The translations under genes were made by a program, and so were the position numbers. The notes under the pieces were generated by a model. It was given only the letters and a program-made list of their open reading frames with translations. It was not told the DNA's origin and did no database searches. Shown here piece by piece: positions 1-9,269 of a stretch of DNA of 64,000 nt. This DNA comes from a virus: positions 32,001-96,000 of IMG/VR virus record IMGVR_UViG_3300032224_001676. One strand, 5' to 3'. Each line of letters begins with the position of its first letter. The first letter of the stretch is position 1.

Positions 1-1229
1 TAGACATTCATGATTTGTTCAGCTGCGTCTTCAGAGTTGCACCTGTCATCCCAAATGTAAGGTGTTGGGATAGAACCTTGAATTGATCTGTTAGTTGGGT
101 ATACTGGAAACGCCCATTCACCATGTTCTTTAATAGTACCATTATGGTTTGAAGGAAAATCAGCGTCAAAATCAATCCATTTTCCTTTTTTACTAAAGCG
201 CATTTGATCTTGCATTCCACCTGTCACATTAGCTATAATTGGATTTCCTACTAATATAGCCTCAGTTAAACTTAATCCCCATCCTTCATTAGATGTTAAT
301 AAGATTTGAGCATCAGTACAATTGTATAACCAATTCATACGATCTGGGTCCATTCTTTGTTCTGAGAAAAATATATTGTATTGTTCTCCTGTTAAGAATA
401 ATTCTCGAACAGCTTCTAAGTCAGTACCATTATCATCCATAACATTAGTATGTAATACAAAAGCACATTTTTTAGCTTGTTCAATAGGTAATTGATCAAT
501 AAAGTATCTGTATGCTAATAATGTATCAGGTATTTGTTTTCTTCTAATGTTTCTAGAGTTAAAGAATAAAACAAAATCAAATTCTTTACCTTTAAATAAT
601 TGTTTTTTAAAATCTAAAAACTCTTTATATTGAGGATAAGATTCATCAATAGGTTTAAAAATATCATGGTTCAAACCATGGGGTACATATTTAAGTATTT
701 TATCACCTACTTTATCATCTAATACTAATTCATTAATGTTTTTAGTTTGTTTAGAAATAGCTAATAATGCATCGCATGATTCATAAAATGCTTTATTATA
801 GTGAGGAGCAGGATAATCATCCCAAATGTTTAGATATACAATTGGTATTTTTCTTCTAATCTCATTTTCAATTTGAAACAACCAAGCAAAATATCTTGGA
901 TCAGTGATCAAGAAAATAGCGTCTGGTTTTTCTAATTTAATAAGAGCACGAATAAGATTAGTATCACCGTATCCATTAGTTGGATATAATACAACTGAGG
1001 CATCTTCTAAGCCTGTGTTTGTATTAGTGTCTTGAGATAAATCTAATCGTTTACCTTGTTCTGGGTGGTTAATGGCTCCACCTATGTTTACCCAATTAAA
1101 ATGTTGAACAGTATTAAGTACCATTTCTCTAGCTACTGTAGCTACTCCTGAATGTACTCTAAGGTCGTCACAAATTAATAAGATTTTTTTCCTCTCATTT
1201 TGAGGCAAGTAAGCAAAACTTGAATTCAT
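1..1229 (-). CDS. Glycosyltransferase, GT-B/GT4-like (3' end runs off the window; absent from the ORF track)
   Basis: ATG at 1229 reads MNSSFAYLPQNERKKILLICDDLRVHSGVATVAREM and stays open to the edge; contains YVPHG, FNSRNIRRKQIPDTLLAY and SNEGWGLSLTEA (GT4 E-x7-E motif). Confidence 0.85.
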   Translation of the reverse strand, partial: MNSSFAYLPQNERKKILLICDDLRVHSGVATVAREMVLNTVQHFNWVNIGGAINHPEQGKRLDLSQDTNTNTGLEDASVVLYPTNGYGDTNLIRALIKLEKPDAIFLITDPRYFAWLFQIENEIRRKIPIVYLNIWDDYPAPHYNKAFYESCDALLAISKQTKNINELVLDDKVGDKILKYVPHGLNHDIFKPIDESYPQYKEFLDFKKQLFKGKEFDFVLFFNSRNIRRKQIPDTLLAYRYFIDQLPIEQAKKCAFVLHTNVMDDNGTDLEAVRELFLTGEQYNIFFSEQRMDPDRMNWLYNCTDAQILLTSNEGWGLSLTEAILVGNPIIANVTGGMQDQMRFSKKGKWIDFDADFPSNHNGTIKEHGEWAFPVYPTNRSIQGSIPTPYIWDDRCNSEDAAEQIMNV

Positions 1230-1244
1230 ATTATAGATTTTATT

Positions 1245-1276
1245 TTAATATAACAATTTATTCTGACTTATCCAAA
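1245..1276 (-). promoter_or_regulatory. Bacteroidota-type -33/-7 promoter
   Basis: Minus strand TTTG-N20-TATATTAA upstream of the glycosyltransferase ATG. Confidence 0.55.
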
Positions 1277-1455
1277 TTTAAATTTAAATGGTTGTGAACT
1301 TTTTTACGAAAGTCTTCATCAGTAAGATATAAATGGATAGTTCGATCTGCTAGTTTTTGAAAACTAAATTTTCTTTTAACGCATTCTATTCTAAATTCTT
1401 CAAATAGATCGCTTTGGATTTTAACACTAGTTAGTGTCATATCTTTTTTACTCAT
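1258..1455 (-). CDS. Small putative DNA-binding protein (ribbon-helix-helix-like)
   Basis: 65 aa, LTSVKI strand followed by two predicted helices; ATATTTAT motif upstream at 1478-1485. Confidence 0.55.
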   Translation of the reverse strand: MSKKDMTLTSVKIQSDLFEEFRIECVKRKFSFQKLADRTIHLYLTDEDFRKKVHNHLNLNLDKSE

Positions 1456-1503
1456 AGCTTTTATTTTTATGTCCTATATAAATATATACAGATTCAAAAA
1501 TAA

Positions 1504-2439
1504 TTACTTTGAGCATAAATCTGCTTTATCGTTAAACGGACAATACTTACAATTATCACTTGGAGTGATAGGATGAGTGGTGTTTTTATATTCTCCTGTT
1601 AATGTAAAACATTCTTCTATAAATTTAGTCATTGAATCAACTGCTTTCTTAGTTTTAATTTTACCACTAGCAGGAGTAAATATTTGGATTCTACTTTGAG
1701 GGAATTCACTCTCTTCCCATATTTTTCTTTTTAATATAAAAAACTCTACTTCAATATTGTCTTCAGGGATACCAAATTGTTTACTATAATAATGTTTATA
1801 GAATATAATTTGGAATTGTTTGTCCTCATCTTTTTTAGCTTTATCATTCCAACCCCGTGTAGATGTTTTAAAATCGTATATTTTTAATATATTTTCATCT
1901 TGATTATACATTACCAAGTCAATATAACCTTTCAATATAATGTTTTTATAACGCTCATCTGGGCGTATAGACAATGGTAGTTCACATCCTACTAAATGCC
2001 AACTTTTCTTACTAAAATGCCCACCTTTTTTCTTTTTAAAGAAATTTAAGATATTCATTCCATCATCAAAAAACTCTCTCATTTCTGTAGGAGCACTAAA
2101 ATGAGTAGATTTATTAGCTTTATATTCTTTTAAGTATGTTTCTCTAAAAGCGTTTTCAAAATACTCCTCTATATCAATACGATCAGCAGCCGCGGCACTT
2201 TCTTCATACATTACTGTTAAATAATTTTGAAGTGTCTCATGTATGGCTGTTCCGAACACAGTATGGATTGTAGGAGTATAAACTTGAAGTCCATCTTTAT
2301 ACATCAACTCCCATTTGTGGGGACATTGTTTCCAAATAGCATATTGGGAATAAGAAATGGATTTTTGATAAGAATAATCTATTTCCAAAGGAGTAAATTG
2401 TCTTATCTCTTTAATTATTTGCGGAACCTTTTTAGTCAA
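1504..2439 (-). CDS. PD-(D/E)xK exonuclease, Cas4/RecB-like
   Basis: SYSQ..CP, FGTAIHETL, GYIDL..IYDFKTS and C-terminal CKYCPF..C (four Cys). Confidence 0.85.
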   Translation of the reverse strand: MTKKVPQIIKEIRQFTPLEIDYSYQKSISYSQYAIWKQCPHKWELMYKDGLQVYTPTIHTVFGTAIHETLQNYLTVMYEESAAAADRIDIEEYFENAFRETYLKEYKANKSTHFSAPTEMREFFDDGMNILNFFKKKKGGHFSKKSWHLVGCELPLSIRPDERYKNIILKGYIDLVMYNQDENILKIYDFKTSTRGWNDKAKKDEDKQFQIIFYKHYYSKQFGIPEDNIEVEFFILKRKIWEESEFPQSRIQIFTPASGKIKTKKAVDSMTKFIEECFTLTGEYKNTTHPITPSDNCKYCPFNDKADLCSK

Positions 2440-2442
2440 AAC

Positions 2443-2697
2443 TTATTTTTTATACTTGTTACGAATAGCTTCTCCTAACTCAGCATTGTTAGGATACTTT
2501 TGAATTATTTTTTGAATCTCAGGAATGATAGACATTTCTTTTTTAACATACTGAGCTGCGTCTAACAATTCTTCATATAAATGATTCATGTAATCATCTT
2601 TATTGTTTTGATCTAAAGTGGTATTGTATTTTTTTATACCACGCTCACTTCTAGATTTAAGATCTTCAATAACTGCTTCTGTAATTTTGTCCTTCAT
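2443..2697 (-). CDS. Small MazG-like all-alpha nucleotide pyrophosphohydrolase-related protein
   Basis: RSERGIKKYNTTL..HLYEELLDAAQY, an EExxD helix typical of all-alpha NTP-PPases. Confidence 0.5.
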   Translation of the reverse strand: MKDKITEAVIEDLKSRSERGIKKYNTTLDQNNKDDYMNHLYEELLDAAQYVKKEMSIIPEIQKIIQKYPNNAELGEAIRNKYKK

Positions 2698-3104
2698 TTT
2701 AATAACTTTTTTTGTTCTTTGTCTTCTACACCTAATTTAGTAAGGACACTCTTTACTCCAGATTCTCTTAATATATCAATGTATTCTTCAGCTTCACCTA
2801 GTGAGCATTCAAAATAGTTAGCAACATGTTTAAGCAATGATTCTTGCTTTTTCTTTTTAGAGGATTTGATGTATTTAAGGAACATATTCTTTTTAGGTAT
2901 CATATATAAATATATATTATATATTTTCTTCTTATCAGAATATGGAAAAGTTTGCACTAAATTTACGAATTCTATATACTCAGGGTTCATACTGAGGAAG
3001 CGATGCGTCATATAAGGATTAAATGTCGCTTGTTCTTCCTCAGTAAATGATTCCCATTTTGATTTATTATAGGTAATTTCCTTTAACCAATCAAATATTG
3101 TCAT
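2694..3104 (-). CDS. Clamp loader small subunit (gp62-like)
   Basis: FNPYMTHRFLS, FLKYIK, VANYFECS..EAEEY pattern; close to the gp44-like gene. Confidence 0.7.
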   Translation of the reverse strand: MTIFDWLKEITYNKSKWESFTEEEQATFNPYMTHRFLSMNPEYIEFVNLVQTFPYSDKKKIYNIYLYMIPKKNMFLKYIKSSKKKKQESLLKHVANYFECSLGEAEEYIDILRESGVKSVLTKLGVEDKEQKKLLK

Positions 3105-3336
3105 ACTCTTCTCTAACTTCTTTAGGTAACAACTCTAACAATACTTTTCCTGTTACCACATCATAGAAACATGGAATAGGCATAATAGCGTCTTCTGTTG
3201 TACCTGCTACAAATTTAGATACTTTACGTAAAATTACTCCTTCAGCAAACACATGATTACCTTCAGGTGAAGTCATAGGAGTTGTACTCTTAATGTCAAC
3301 GTTGACATTTGGGTTTTGGGGTTGTTGTTTATTCAT
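3091..3336 (-). CDS. Hypothetical protein
   Basis: 81 aa ORF packed between the clamp loader genes. Confidence 0.6.
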   Translation of the reverse strand: MNKQQPQNPNVNVDIKSTTPMTSPEGNHVFAEGVILRKVSKFVAGTTEDAIMPIPCFYDVVTGKVLLELLPKEVREEYDNI

Positions 3337-3341
3337 TTTAT

Positions 3342-4274
3342 TTATTGATTAATTATTTTTAAAACTGAGGCTAATAAAGCCATTACATTGATTTCTTTAT
3401 CAATTCTAAAATTAGCATGGTACATATAATTTTCTATTTCAATAACAATCATTGCTTTTGCTAGATCATTATTACCATACTCATCTAAACTATCATATAG
3501 GAATCTATAAACATCTTCAAAATCATCTAAATTACTATCAGCAAGTATTTGTCTAATATTTTTAAAACTAGATTTAGTTGGAGTTTTAAGTTCCTTTAAT
3601 AAAGCATCTTTATAACCACCTGTTAATACTGTTTTGTCTATTTTAAGAAAACTATTTGCTTCTCCATGAATAGTATTTACTTGACAAGTATTAAGTATTT
3701 TTCTAACATCTGGGTAATGTTTGTTAACTACTAAAACTAGATCTTCTAATGTGTAATGAATATCCTCTTTATCTAAAATAGAAGCAATATGTTTTGCTAC
3801 TTCTTTTTTAGATGGAGGTGTAATTTTTAATACTTGGCATCGTGATTGGAGTGGATCAATAACGCGTTCAAGATAATTGCATGTCAGTATAAATCGAGTA
3901 GTGAGAGAATATGTTTCAATAATATTTCGAAGTGAAGCTTGTGCTTGTATAGTTAAGAAATCAGCTTCATCTAAAATAATAATCTTGATAGGTTTAAACG
4001 AAGCACTTGAAGCGAAACCTTGAACTTTATCTCTAATAGTATCAATACCTCTTTCATCTGACGCATTAATATAGAGATAATCGCAGTTAAAATTATTTAC
4101 AATTAATTTAGCTAATGTTGTTTTACCTGTTCCTGGTGTTCCATACAATAGTAAATTTTGTAAATCGTTTTTTTCAATATATTGGGCAACAATAGATTTT
4201 AATTGCTCATTACTAATATAGTCTTCTAATGTTTTAGATCTATATTTTTCTACAAATAAACTATTTTCTTTCAT
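3342..4274 (-). CDS. Clamp loader AAA+ subunit (gp44/RFC-like)
   Basis: VEKYR, GTPGTGKT, INASDERGID, LDEAD and SRC motifs. Confidence 0.95.
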   Translation of the reverse strand: MKENSLFVEKYRSKTLEDYISNEQLKSIVAQYIEKNDLQNLLLYGTPGTGKTTLAKLIVNNFNCDYLYINASDERGIDTIRDKVQGFASSASFKPIKIIILDEADFLTIQAQASLRNIIETYSLTTRFILTCNYLERVIDPLQSRCQVLKITPPSKKEVAKHIASILDKEDIHYTLEDLVLVVNKHYPDVRKILNTCQVNTIHGEANSFLKIDKTVLTGGYKDALLKELKTPTKSSFKNIRQILADSNLDDFEDVYRFLYDSLDEYGNNDLAKAMIVIEIENYMYHANFRIDKEINVMALLASVLKIINQ

Positions 4275-4280
4275 ATGATA

Positions 4281-4312
4281 TAAAGATAATAAAAAATGGC
4301 TCGAAGGCCAAA
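4281..4312 (-). promoter_or_regulatory. Bacteroidota-type -33/-7 promoter overlapping a short hairpin/T-tract
   Basis: TTTG-N20-TATCTTTA ending 6 nt before the ATG at 4274. Confidence 0.75.
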
Positions 4313-4318
4313 TTTTAT

Positions 4319-4591
4319 TTAATAATCTCCATACATGTTAAATTTCTTTGGAGGGGGAGGTGGTGGTGGTGGAGTTTTTTCAACTACTTTATGACCAATA
4401 AGATATAATTCACCCTTTATAGGTGATAATCTAAAATCATACGTTTGCCCAGTTTCTTGAAAATAACCCTCTAATGCTTCAGTTAATGAAGGATACACAT
4501 AATTAGGATCAATAAGAAGCACCCAGTTATCACCGGGTGCTTTCCTATTAGCGATCAATATTAGTTCTTCTTTAGTTTCTAGTTCTGACAT
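4319..4591 (-). CDS. Hypothetical protein with poly-Pro C-terminus
   Basis: 90 aa ORF in operon context. Confidence 0.6.
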   Translation of the reverse strand: MSELETKEELILIANRKAPGDNWVLLIDPNYVYPSLTEALEGYFQETGQTYDFRLSPIKGELYLIGHKVVEKTPPPPPPPPKKFNMYGDY

Positions 4592-4766
4592 ATTGTTCTT
4601 TTAATAATGCTACTAATCTATCTAAGCCTATGTTCATATTATAATCTTCAGTACTTAAACTAACATATATTGATTCCGAGCCTGGGATGTAATGTATGTT
4701 AGAAATTGTATAAGTCTCTAAATCTATTTCGATTGTTTTACCAATTAAGCTAACTGCGTCTAACAT
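4572..4766 (-). CDS. Hypothetical protein
   Basis: 64 aa, start overlaps the groEL stop. Confidence 0.55.
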   Translation of the reverse strand: MLDAVSLIGKTIEIDLETYTISNIHYIPGSESIYVSLSTEDYNMNIGLDRLVALLKEQYVRTRN

Positions 4767-6382
4767 TAAAACATTCCTCCCATGTTAGCCATGTTATTGT
4801 CTTGTTTGTTATCTTCAGGCTTATCTACAATAGTACATTCTGTCAATAAAATTGTTCCTGCTACTGACGCTGCGTTTTCAATTGCTGTGCGAGTAACTTT
4901 AGTTGGATCAATAATACCTGCTTCTTTCATGTCAACAAATGCCTCTGTTTTAAGATTATATCCTTTCCAATTATCCATTCCATCTAACTTATTAATCAGA
5001 TAATAAGCTTCTTGTTCTGTAAGACCAGCGTTAGTAAGAATTTTCATAAATGGAGCGCTACATGCTTTATATACAATTCTACCCCCTACTGATTCGCGGT
5101 TTGAGATTGCTTCACGAGCATATAATAATGCTGCTCCGCCACCTGGTACAATACCTTCTTCAATTGCAGCTTTAGTAGCTTGAAGTGCATCGTCAACACG
5201 ATCTTTCTTTTCTTTAACTTCAGTTTCAGTATTTCCACCTACATGAACAATTGCTACTCCTCCGATAAATTTCGCGAGTCTTTCTTGTAGTTTTTCTTGT
5301 TCGAAAGGTGTTTTTGTTTTTTCGATTTGGAGCTGTAACTCTTCAATACGTGTTTGTATTCGTTCAGATTCTCCTCTTCCGTCAACAATGGTTGTTTCAT
5401 CTTTTGTTATCGTTATTACTCTGGCTTCGCCAAACCAATCCCAGTTAAATTTATCAAGTTTCATACCTTTTTCAGTACTAAATACTTGACCACCAGTTAG
5501 AATGGCAATGTCTTCTAAAATTAATTTCCTACGATCTCCAAAGTCAGGTGCTTTAACTGCGCATACTTTAATTGTACCTCTCATTTTGTTTACAATTAAT
5601 GTAGCTAACGCTTCACCTTCAAGATCTTCAGCGATTATAAACAATGGTCTGTTTTGAGCAGATACACCTTCTAAAATCGGTAATAAATCTTTAACTTGAG
5701 TTAATCGCTTATCAGCAATAAGTATCATAGGATTTTCTAAAACACAACTCATTGAGTTATTATCTGTTACAAAGTAATGAGATTTGTAACCACGATCAAA
5801 TTGCATTCCTTCTACTGTTTCAAGATAAGTTTCGCCTGATTTAGATTCTTCAATATGAACTACACCTTCTCTTCCTACTTTACTCATAGCAGTAGCTATC
5901 AATTTTCCTACTTCAGGGTCATTATTTGCTGAAATAGTTGCTACTTGTTCAAGTTGTTCTTCAGAGCTAATATCTTGAGATATGTTTCTGCGTAGTTCAT
6001 TAACTACTTCTTTAACTGCAGCATCTATATTACGTTTAATTTCTACTGCGTTTACTCCGTTACTTAAATGTGTTAAACCTTCTTTAACCATTTCTTGAGC
6101 TAACAAAGTAGATGTTGTTGTTCCATCTCCTGCATTATCAGCTGTTTTAATAGCTGCTTGCTTAACCATTTGAACACCTAATTCTTCAATTGGGTCTTCA
6201 AGTTCAATACTTTTTGCTACAGTAACTCCATCTTTTGTAGATGCTGGGTAGTCTCCAGGTTTAGAAATTACTACGTTACGACCATTAGGGCCTAATGTTG
6301 ATGTAACTGCGTTTGCTAATTTGTCAATCCCGTTAACTAATTTTTTTCTTGCTTCGGGTCCGAATTCAATAATTTTACTCAT
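4766..6382 (-). CDS. groEL: Chaperonin GroEL
   Basis: TLGPNGRNVV, TKDGVTVAK, AGDGTTT, EGMQFDRGY, KAPDFGDRRK, GIVPGGG and GGM tail. Confidence 0.98.
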   Translation of the reverse strand: MSKIIEFGPEARKKLVNGIDKLANAVTSTLGPNGRNVVISKPGDYPASTKDGVTVAKSIELEDPIEELGVQMVKQAAIKTADNAGDGTTTSTLLAQEMVKEGLTHLSNGVNAVEIKRNIDAAVKEVVNELRRNISQDISSEEQLEQVATISANNDPEVGKLIATAMSKVGREGVVHIEESKSGETYLETVEGMQFDRGYKSHYFVTDNNSMSCVLENPMILIADKRLTQVKDLLPILEGVSAQNRPLFIIAEDLEGEALATLIVNKMRGTIKVCAVKAPDFGDRRKLILEDIAILTGGQVFSTEKGMKLDKFNWDWFGEARVITITKDETTIVDGRGESERIQTRIEELQLQIEKTKTPFEQEKLQERLAKFIGGVAIVHVGGNTETEVKEKKDRVDDALQATKAAIEEGIVPGGGAALLYAREAISNRESVGGRIVYKACSAPFMKILTNAGLTEQEAYYLINKLDGMDNWKGYNLKTEAFVDMKEAGIIDPTKVTRTAIENAASVAGTILLTECTIVDKPEDNKQDNNMANMGGMF

Positions 6383-6387
6383 AATTT

Positions 6388-6681
6388 TTAATCTTCAATA
6401 ATTGCTAAAATTTGGTTTTCTGGTATTGTATAATATTCTTCTCCTTCAAAATCGATTTTTGAAGGGCCTGCTAGTGGTAAGATAACTTTTTGTCCTACTT
6501 TTAATATTGTAGGCACAAATGTTCCTGTTACTGAATAATATCCTTCGCCAATTGATACGATTGTTCCTTTTAGTACCTTTTCTTTTCCTAGGTCTGGTAC
6601 TACAATAGACCCATACATTGATTCTTCCTCTTCTTGAGGTTTAACGATCACTGCGTTGAACGTTGCTGTTAATTTACTCAT
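6388..6681 (-). CDS. groES: Co-chaperonin GroES
   Basis: 97 aa, GSIVVPD mobile loop, GTIVSIGEG, LKVGQKV, ILAII; directly upstream of groEL. Confidence 0.92.
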   Translation of the reverse strand: MSKLTATFNAVIVKPQEEEESMYGSIVVPDLGKEKVLKGTIVSIGEGYYSVTGTFVPTILKVGQKVILPLAGPSKIDFEGEEYYTIPENQILAIIED

Positions 6682-6983
6682 ATTGTAATTGATAGTTTTT
6701 GATTAAATTCTTCTTGAATATCAGTCCATTCTTTTATATACTCTTGAAGTGAGTTAAAATCTTTTTTCTTATGGACTTTCATTTGAGCTACACTTTTTAG
6801 CGCTGCATCTAGTTTACCGAAGTGACCCCATGATTTAACATATGTTTTATTAGGTGACTCGGATGATGTTACGTTTTCATAAACGGTGTAACAATAATGA
6901 TCTTTACCTATAAAATAAGGTTCTAGAACTTCATCTCTAATTGTACTTGTGCCAGATTGGGCTTCTTGTTTTTCTTGACTCAT
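6678..6983 (-). CDS. Hypothetical protein
   Basis: 101 aa, first gene of the groES/groEL run. Confidence 0.6.
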   Translation of the reverse strand: MSQEKQEAQSGTSTIRDEVLEPYFIGKDHYCYTVYENVTSSESPNKTYVKSWGHFGKLDAALKSVAQMKVHKKKDFNSLQEYIKEWTDIQEEFNQKLSITI

Positions 6984-6997
6984 AACTTGTTTTTATG

Positions 6998-7029
6998 TAA
7001 ATATAATAATCTATTTTATTATATCCAAA
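6998..7029 (-). promoter_or_regulatory. Bacteroidota-type -33/-7 promoter
   Basis: TTTG-N20-TATATTTA. Confidence 0.7.
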
Positions 7030-7061
7030 TTTAAATGTAACTTTATTATAAATATATAATA

Positions 7062-7787
7062 TTATTGTTCCTTAGCAACTACATAATACTTACTTTGTAA
7101 TTCCTTATGATTAAATTCAAGTTTCATTAAACCATTTGAATTAATATATAATTTTCCATTCTCAGCATTTTTATTACTAACTAATATTTCTTTCAATAGA
7201 TCAGAACTATAAGTCAATTCAAATGTATTAGAGTCTATAATATTAGGATTTGAAATAGAATATGTAACTTTATTAGCATACTCAACATCACCACCAAATG
7301 TAAATTCTAAACCATTAAGACCAGGTTTAATAACTACATTTTCACTATTAGGTAAAGCATTTTTAGCTTTAATAAGAGCAGTCACTACTTCTTCATCTAA
7401 AATAGCATCAATATTATACTCTTCAGGTCCGTTGTATTCGCCTGGTTTAGCGATTGTAAGTAAATCTGCTAAAGCATAATTTAAATTAAATTGTTGGTCA
7501 GCTATTAATAGTTTAGATATTACTTTACCTTCTTTAGCATAATCTAACATTAGATCACCACTTGTAATTGATAATAATTTATCTAATTGAGTAGTGTTAT
7601 TAATGCCTATTTCAGATTCAGGCAACGGAAACCCGTTATATACCACCTTTCCTATCATTTCACGCGTGGGCGCCATAAAATCAATAGTAAGTGTTTTATT
7701 ATTGTTTATACGCCATTTAACGTTTTCTATTAGTCCTTTTAAATGGTATTTTTCAATAACTGATTGGAGTTGAAATTTTGATATCAT
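7062..7787 (-). CDS. Sliding clamp (gp45/PCNA-like)
   Basis: 241 aa with two-domain beta-rich pattern, C-terminal INSNGLMKLEF..SKYYV; replisome context. Confidence 0.7.
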   Translation of the reverse strand: MISKFQLQSVIEKYHLKGLIENVKWRINNNKTLTIDFMAPTREMIGKVVYNGFPLPESEIGINNTTQLDKLLSITSGDLMLDYAKEGKVISKLLIADQQFNLNYALADLLTIAKPGEYNGPEEYNIDAILDEEVVTALIKAKNALPNSENVVIKPGLNGLEFTFGGDVEYANKVTYSISNPNIIDSNTFELTYSSDLLKEILVSNKNAENGKLYINSNGLMKLEFNHKELQSKYYVVAKEQ

Positions 7788-7792
7788 AACTA

Positions 7793-7824
7793 TGAATTTA
7801 ATAAAACTTTTATTTTAGGCCAAA
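7793..7824 (-). promoter_or_regulatory. Bacteroidota-type -33/-7 promoter
   Basis: TTTG-N20-TAAATTCA directly before the clamp ATG. Confidence 0.6.
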
Positions 7825-7842
7825 TTTAATGTTTATTTTAGG

Positions 7843-8364
7843 TTAATAACTTTTAACCATATTAATAGGTATTTTTTTCATATTAGCTTTATCTAATATT
7901 TCTTGATAAAGATGCTTATTGTCCTTCCAATCCTCTGTTTTATCATTGATGTCTATTCTTAAAATATAATCTGTTGATAAGTATCCTGGCGTATCAGAGT
8001 ATATTCTTTCTTCAAATAGGTTATGCCCTTTAGATTTAGTATATCTATCGCCTTTTATTCCTTTTAAATTCCATATATTATCTGGGTTTACTGGTGCTAT
8101 TTTGTATTTTTGAGATATTTTATTACCATCTAATACTATTCGGCTGGCTCTTCTAGTGAAATTATAAATATCATTCCCTGAAAAATCACTACTTCTTGTG
8201 GTTGATATTGAGTATTCTTTTAAGTGATCATTTATATTATCTTTTTGGAATTGTAAACCATTATCTAGTATGTTAGACATATGTCTTAAAGGAGCAAAAT
8301 GATATAAATTACCTATTTGTTTGCTTTCAGTAATTTCTTTTAATAGATCTGTTAGTTTAATCAT
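7843..8364 (-). CDS. Putative ADP-ribosyltransferase-fold protein with MIKLTDLLKE leader
   Basis: LYHF, ISTTRS and LFEERI in ART-like order; start moved to 8364 because ATATTTAT occupies 8369-8376. Confidence 0.45.
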   Translation of the reverse strand: MIKLTDLLKEITESKQIGNLYHFAPLRHMSNILDNGLQFQKDNINDHLKEYSISTTRSSDFSGNDIYNFTRRASRIVLDGNKISQKYKIAPVNPDNIWNLKGIKGDRYTKSKGHNLFEERIYSDTPGYLSTDYILRIDINDKTEDWKDNKHLYQEILDKANMKKIPINMVKSY

Positions 8365-8378
8365 AAACATAAATATTA

Positions 8379-9269
8379 TCAGAAATTAAAGAACTTAGTT
8401 ACATTAGCGTTTAATGGTGGAAAATCCCATTTTAAATCTTTATAGAGTTCCTTTAATTTGTTTAGTAGTAGTGATTCAAAAATCTCATCTACATCAATAT
8501 ATGTTTTAACAAACTTTTCTATTTCGTCTGGTACTTTAGCGTTTGGTAATCCTATTGTTTCTAACTTATACATGTTTGGTTTTAAGTTAATAATGAAGAT
8601 TTTATCACCTTCTACTATTGATTCATATTGTTTATCTAAACGTTTGAATTTTAATAGATCATTATAACGAACTGCTGCTTTAGTATTACTAGGTGCTTTT
8701 AATTTAAATGAACTAAACATTTCACCTGCTCGAGCTGGGATTTTATATGATGAAATTTGTTTTACTCCTGTTGGTTTACCTAATTCTTTAGGATCTAATG
8801 TCTTAACTAATTTATAGAAATCAATAATAGTTTTATCTATTTCTGTTTTGGTTTTACCAAACAAGATATCTTTAATTAGTTGTTCGCCAAATCCTTTAAA
8901 TCGTTTATTCATATTGGACTTCATTAACTCAAGTCCTTTCATATCTAACTCATCAACAGCAACACCTTCCTTATTAGTAATATACATTGCGTATCTTCTC
9001 TTACCTGTAACTAAAATACCTTTAGCGATTACTTCTTGTTTTAATTGGAAATAATGTTTTTTAGGATTAATGTTAAATGATTCTTTAACAATAGTATTTA
9101 AATTATTATTTGACTCAGTTTGGATCTGGTCTGTTATTTTTAAAATAATTTCATTTTTATTAGTATCATTGATTTCAATACCCTGGGATTGCATGTGTTC
9201 TAGAATATTTCCTAGACATATATATAAACTATCTGTGTCTGAGATTATTATGTTTTCTTTATTTCCCAT
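8379..9269 (-). CDS. polB: DNA polymerase B, C-terminal part (motif C palm and thumb)
   Basis: SDTDS at residues 10-14, GKRRYA, KGLE. Confidence 0.92.
   Translation of the reverse strand: MGNKENIIISDTDSLYICLGNILEHMQSQGIEINDTNKNEIILKITDQIQTESNNNLNTIVKESFNINPKKHYFQLKQEVIAKGILVTGKRRYAMYITNKEGVAVDELDMKGLELMKSNMNKRFKGFGEQLIKDILFGKTKTEIDKTIIDFYKLVKTLDPKELGKPTGVKQISSYKIPARAGEMFSSFKLKAPSNTKAAVRYNDLLKFKRLDKQYESIVEGDKIFIINLKPNMYKLETIGLPNAKVPDEIEKFVKTYIDVDEIFESLLLNKLKELYKDLKWDFPPLNANVTKFFNF

Noticed and set aside
1504-2439. Cas4-like gene as a sign of a CRISPR-Cas system
   Set aside because: No array or other cas genes; solo Cas4-like nucleases are common in phage replication modules.
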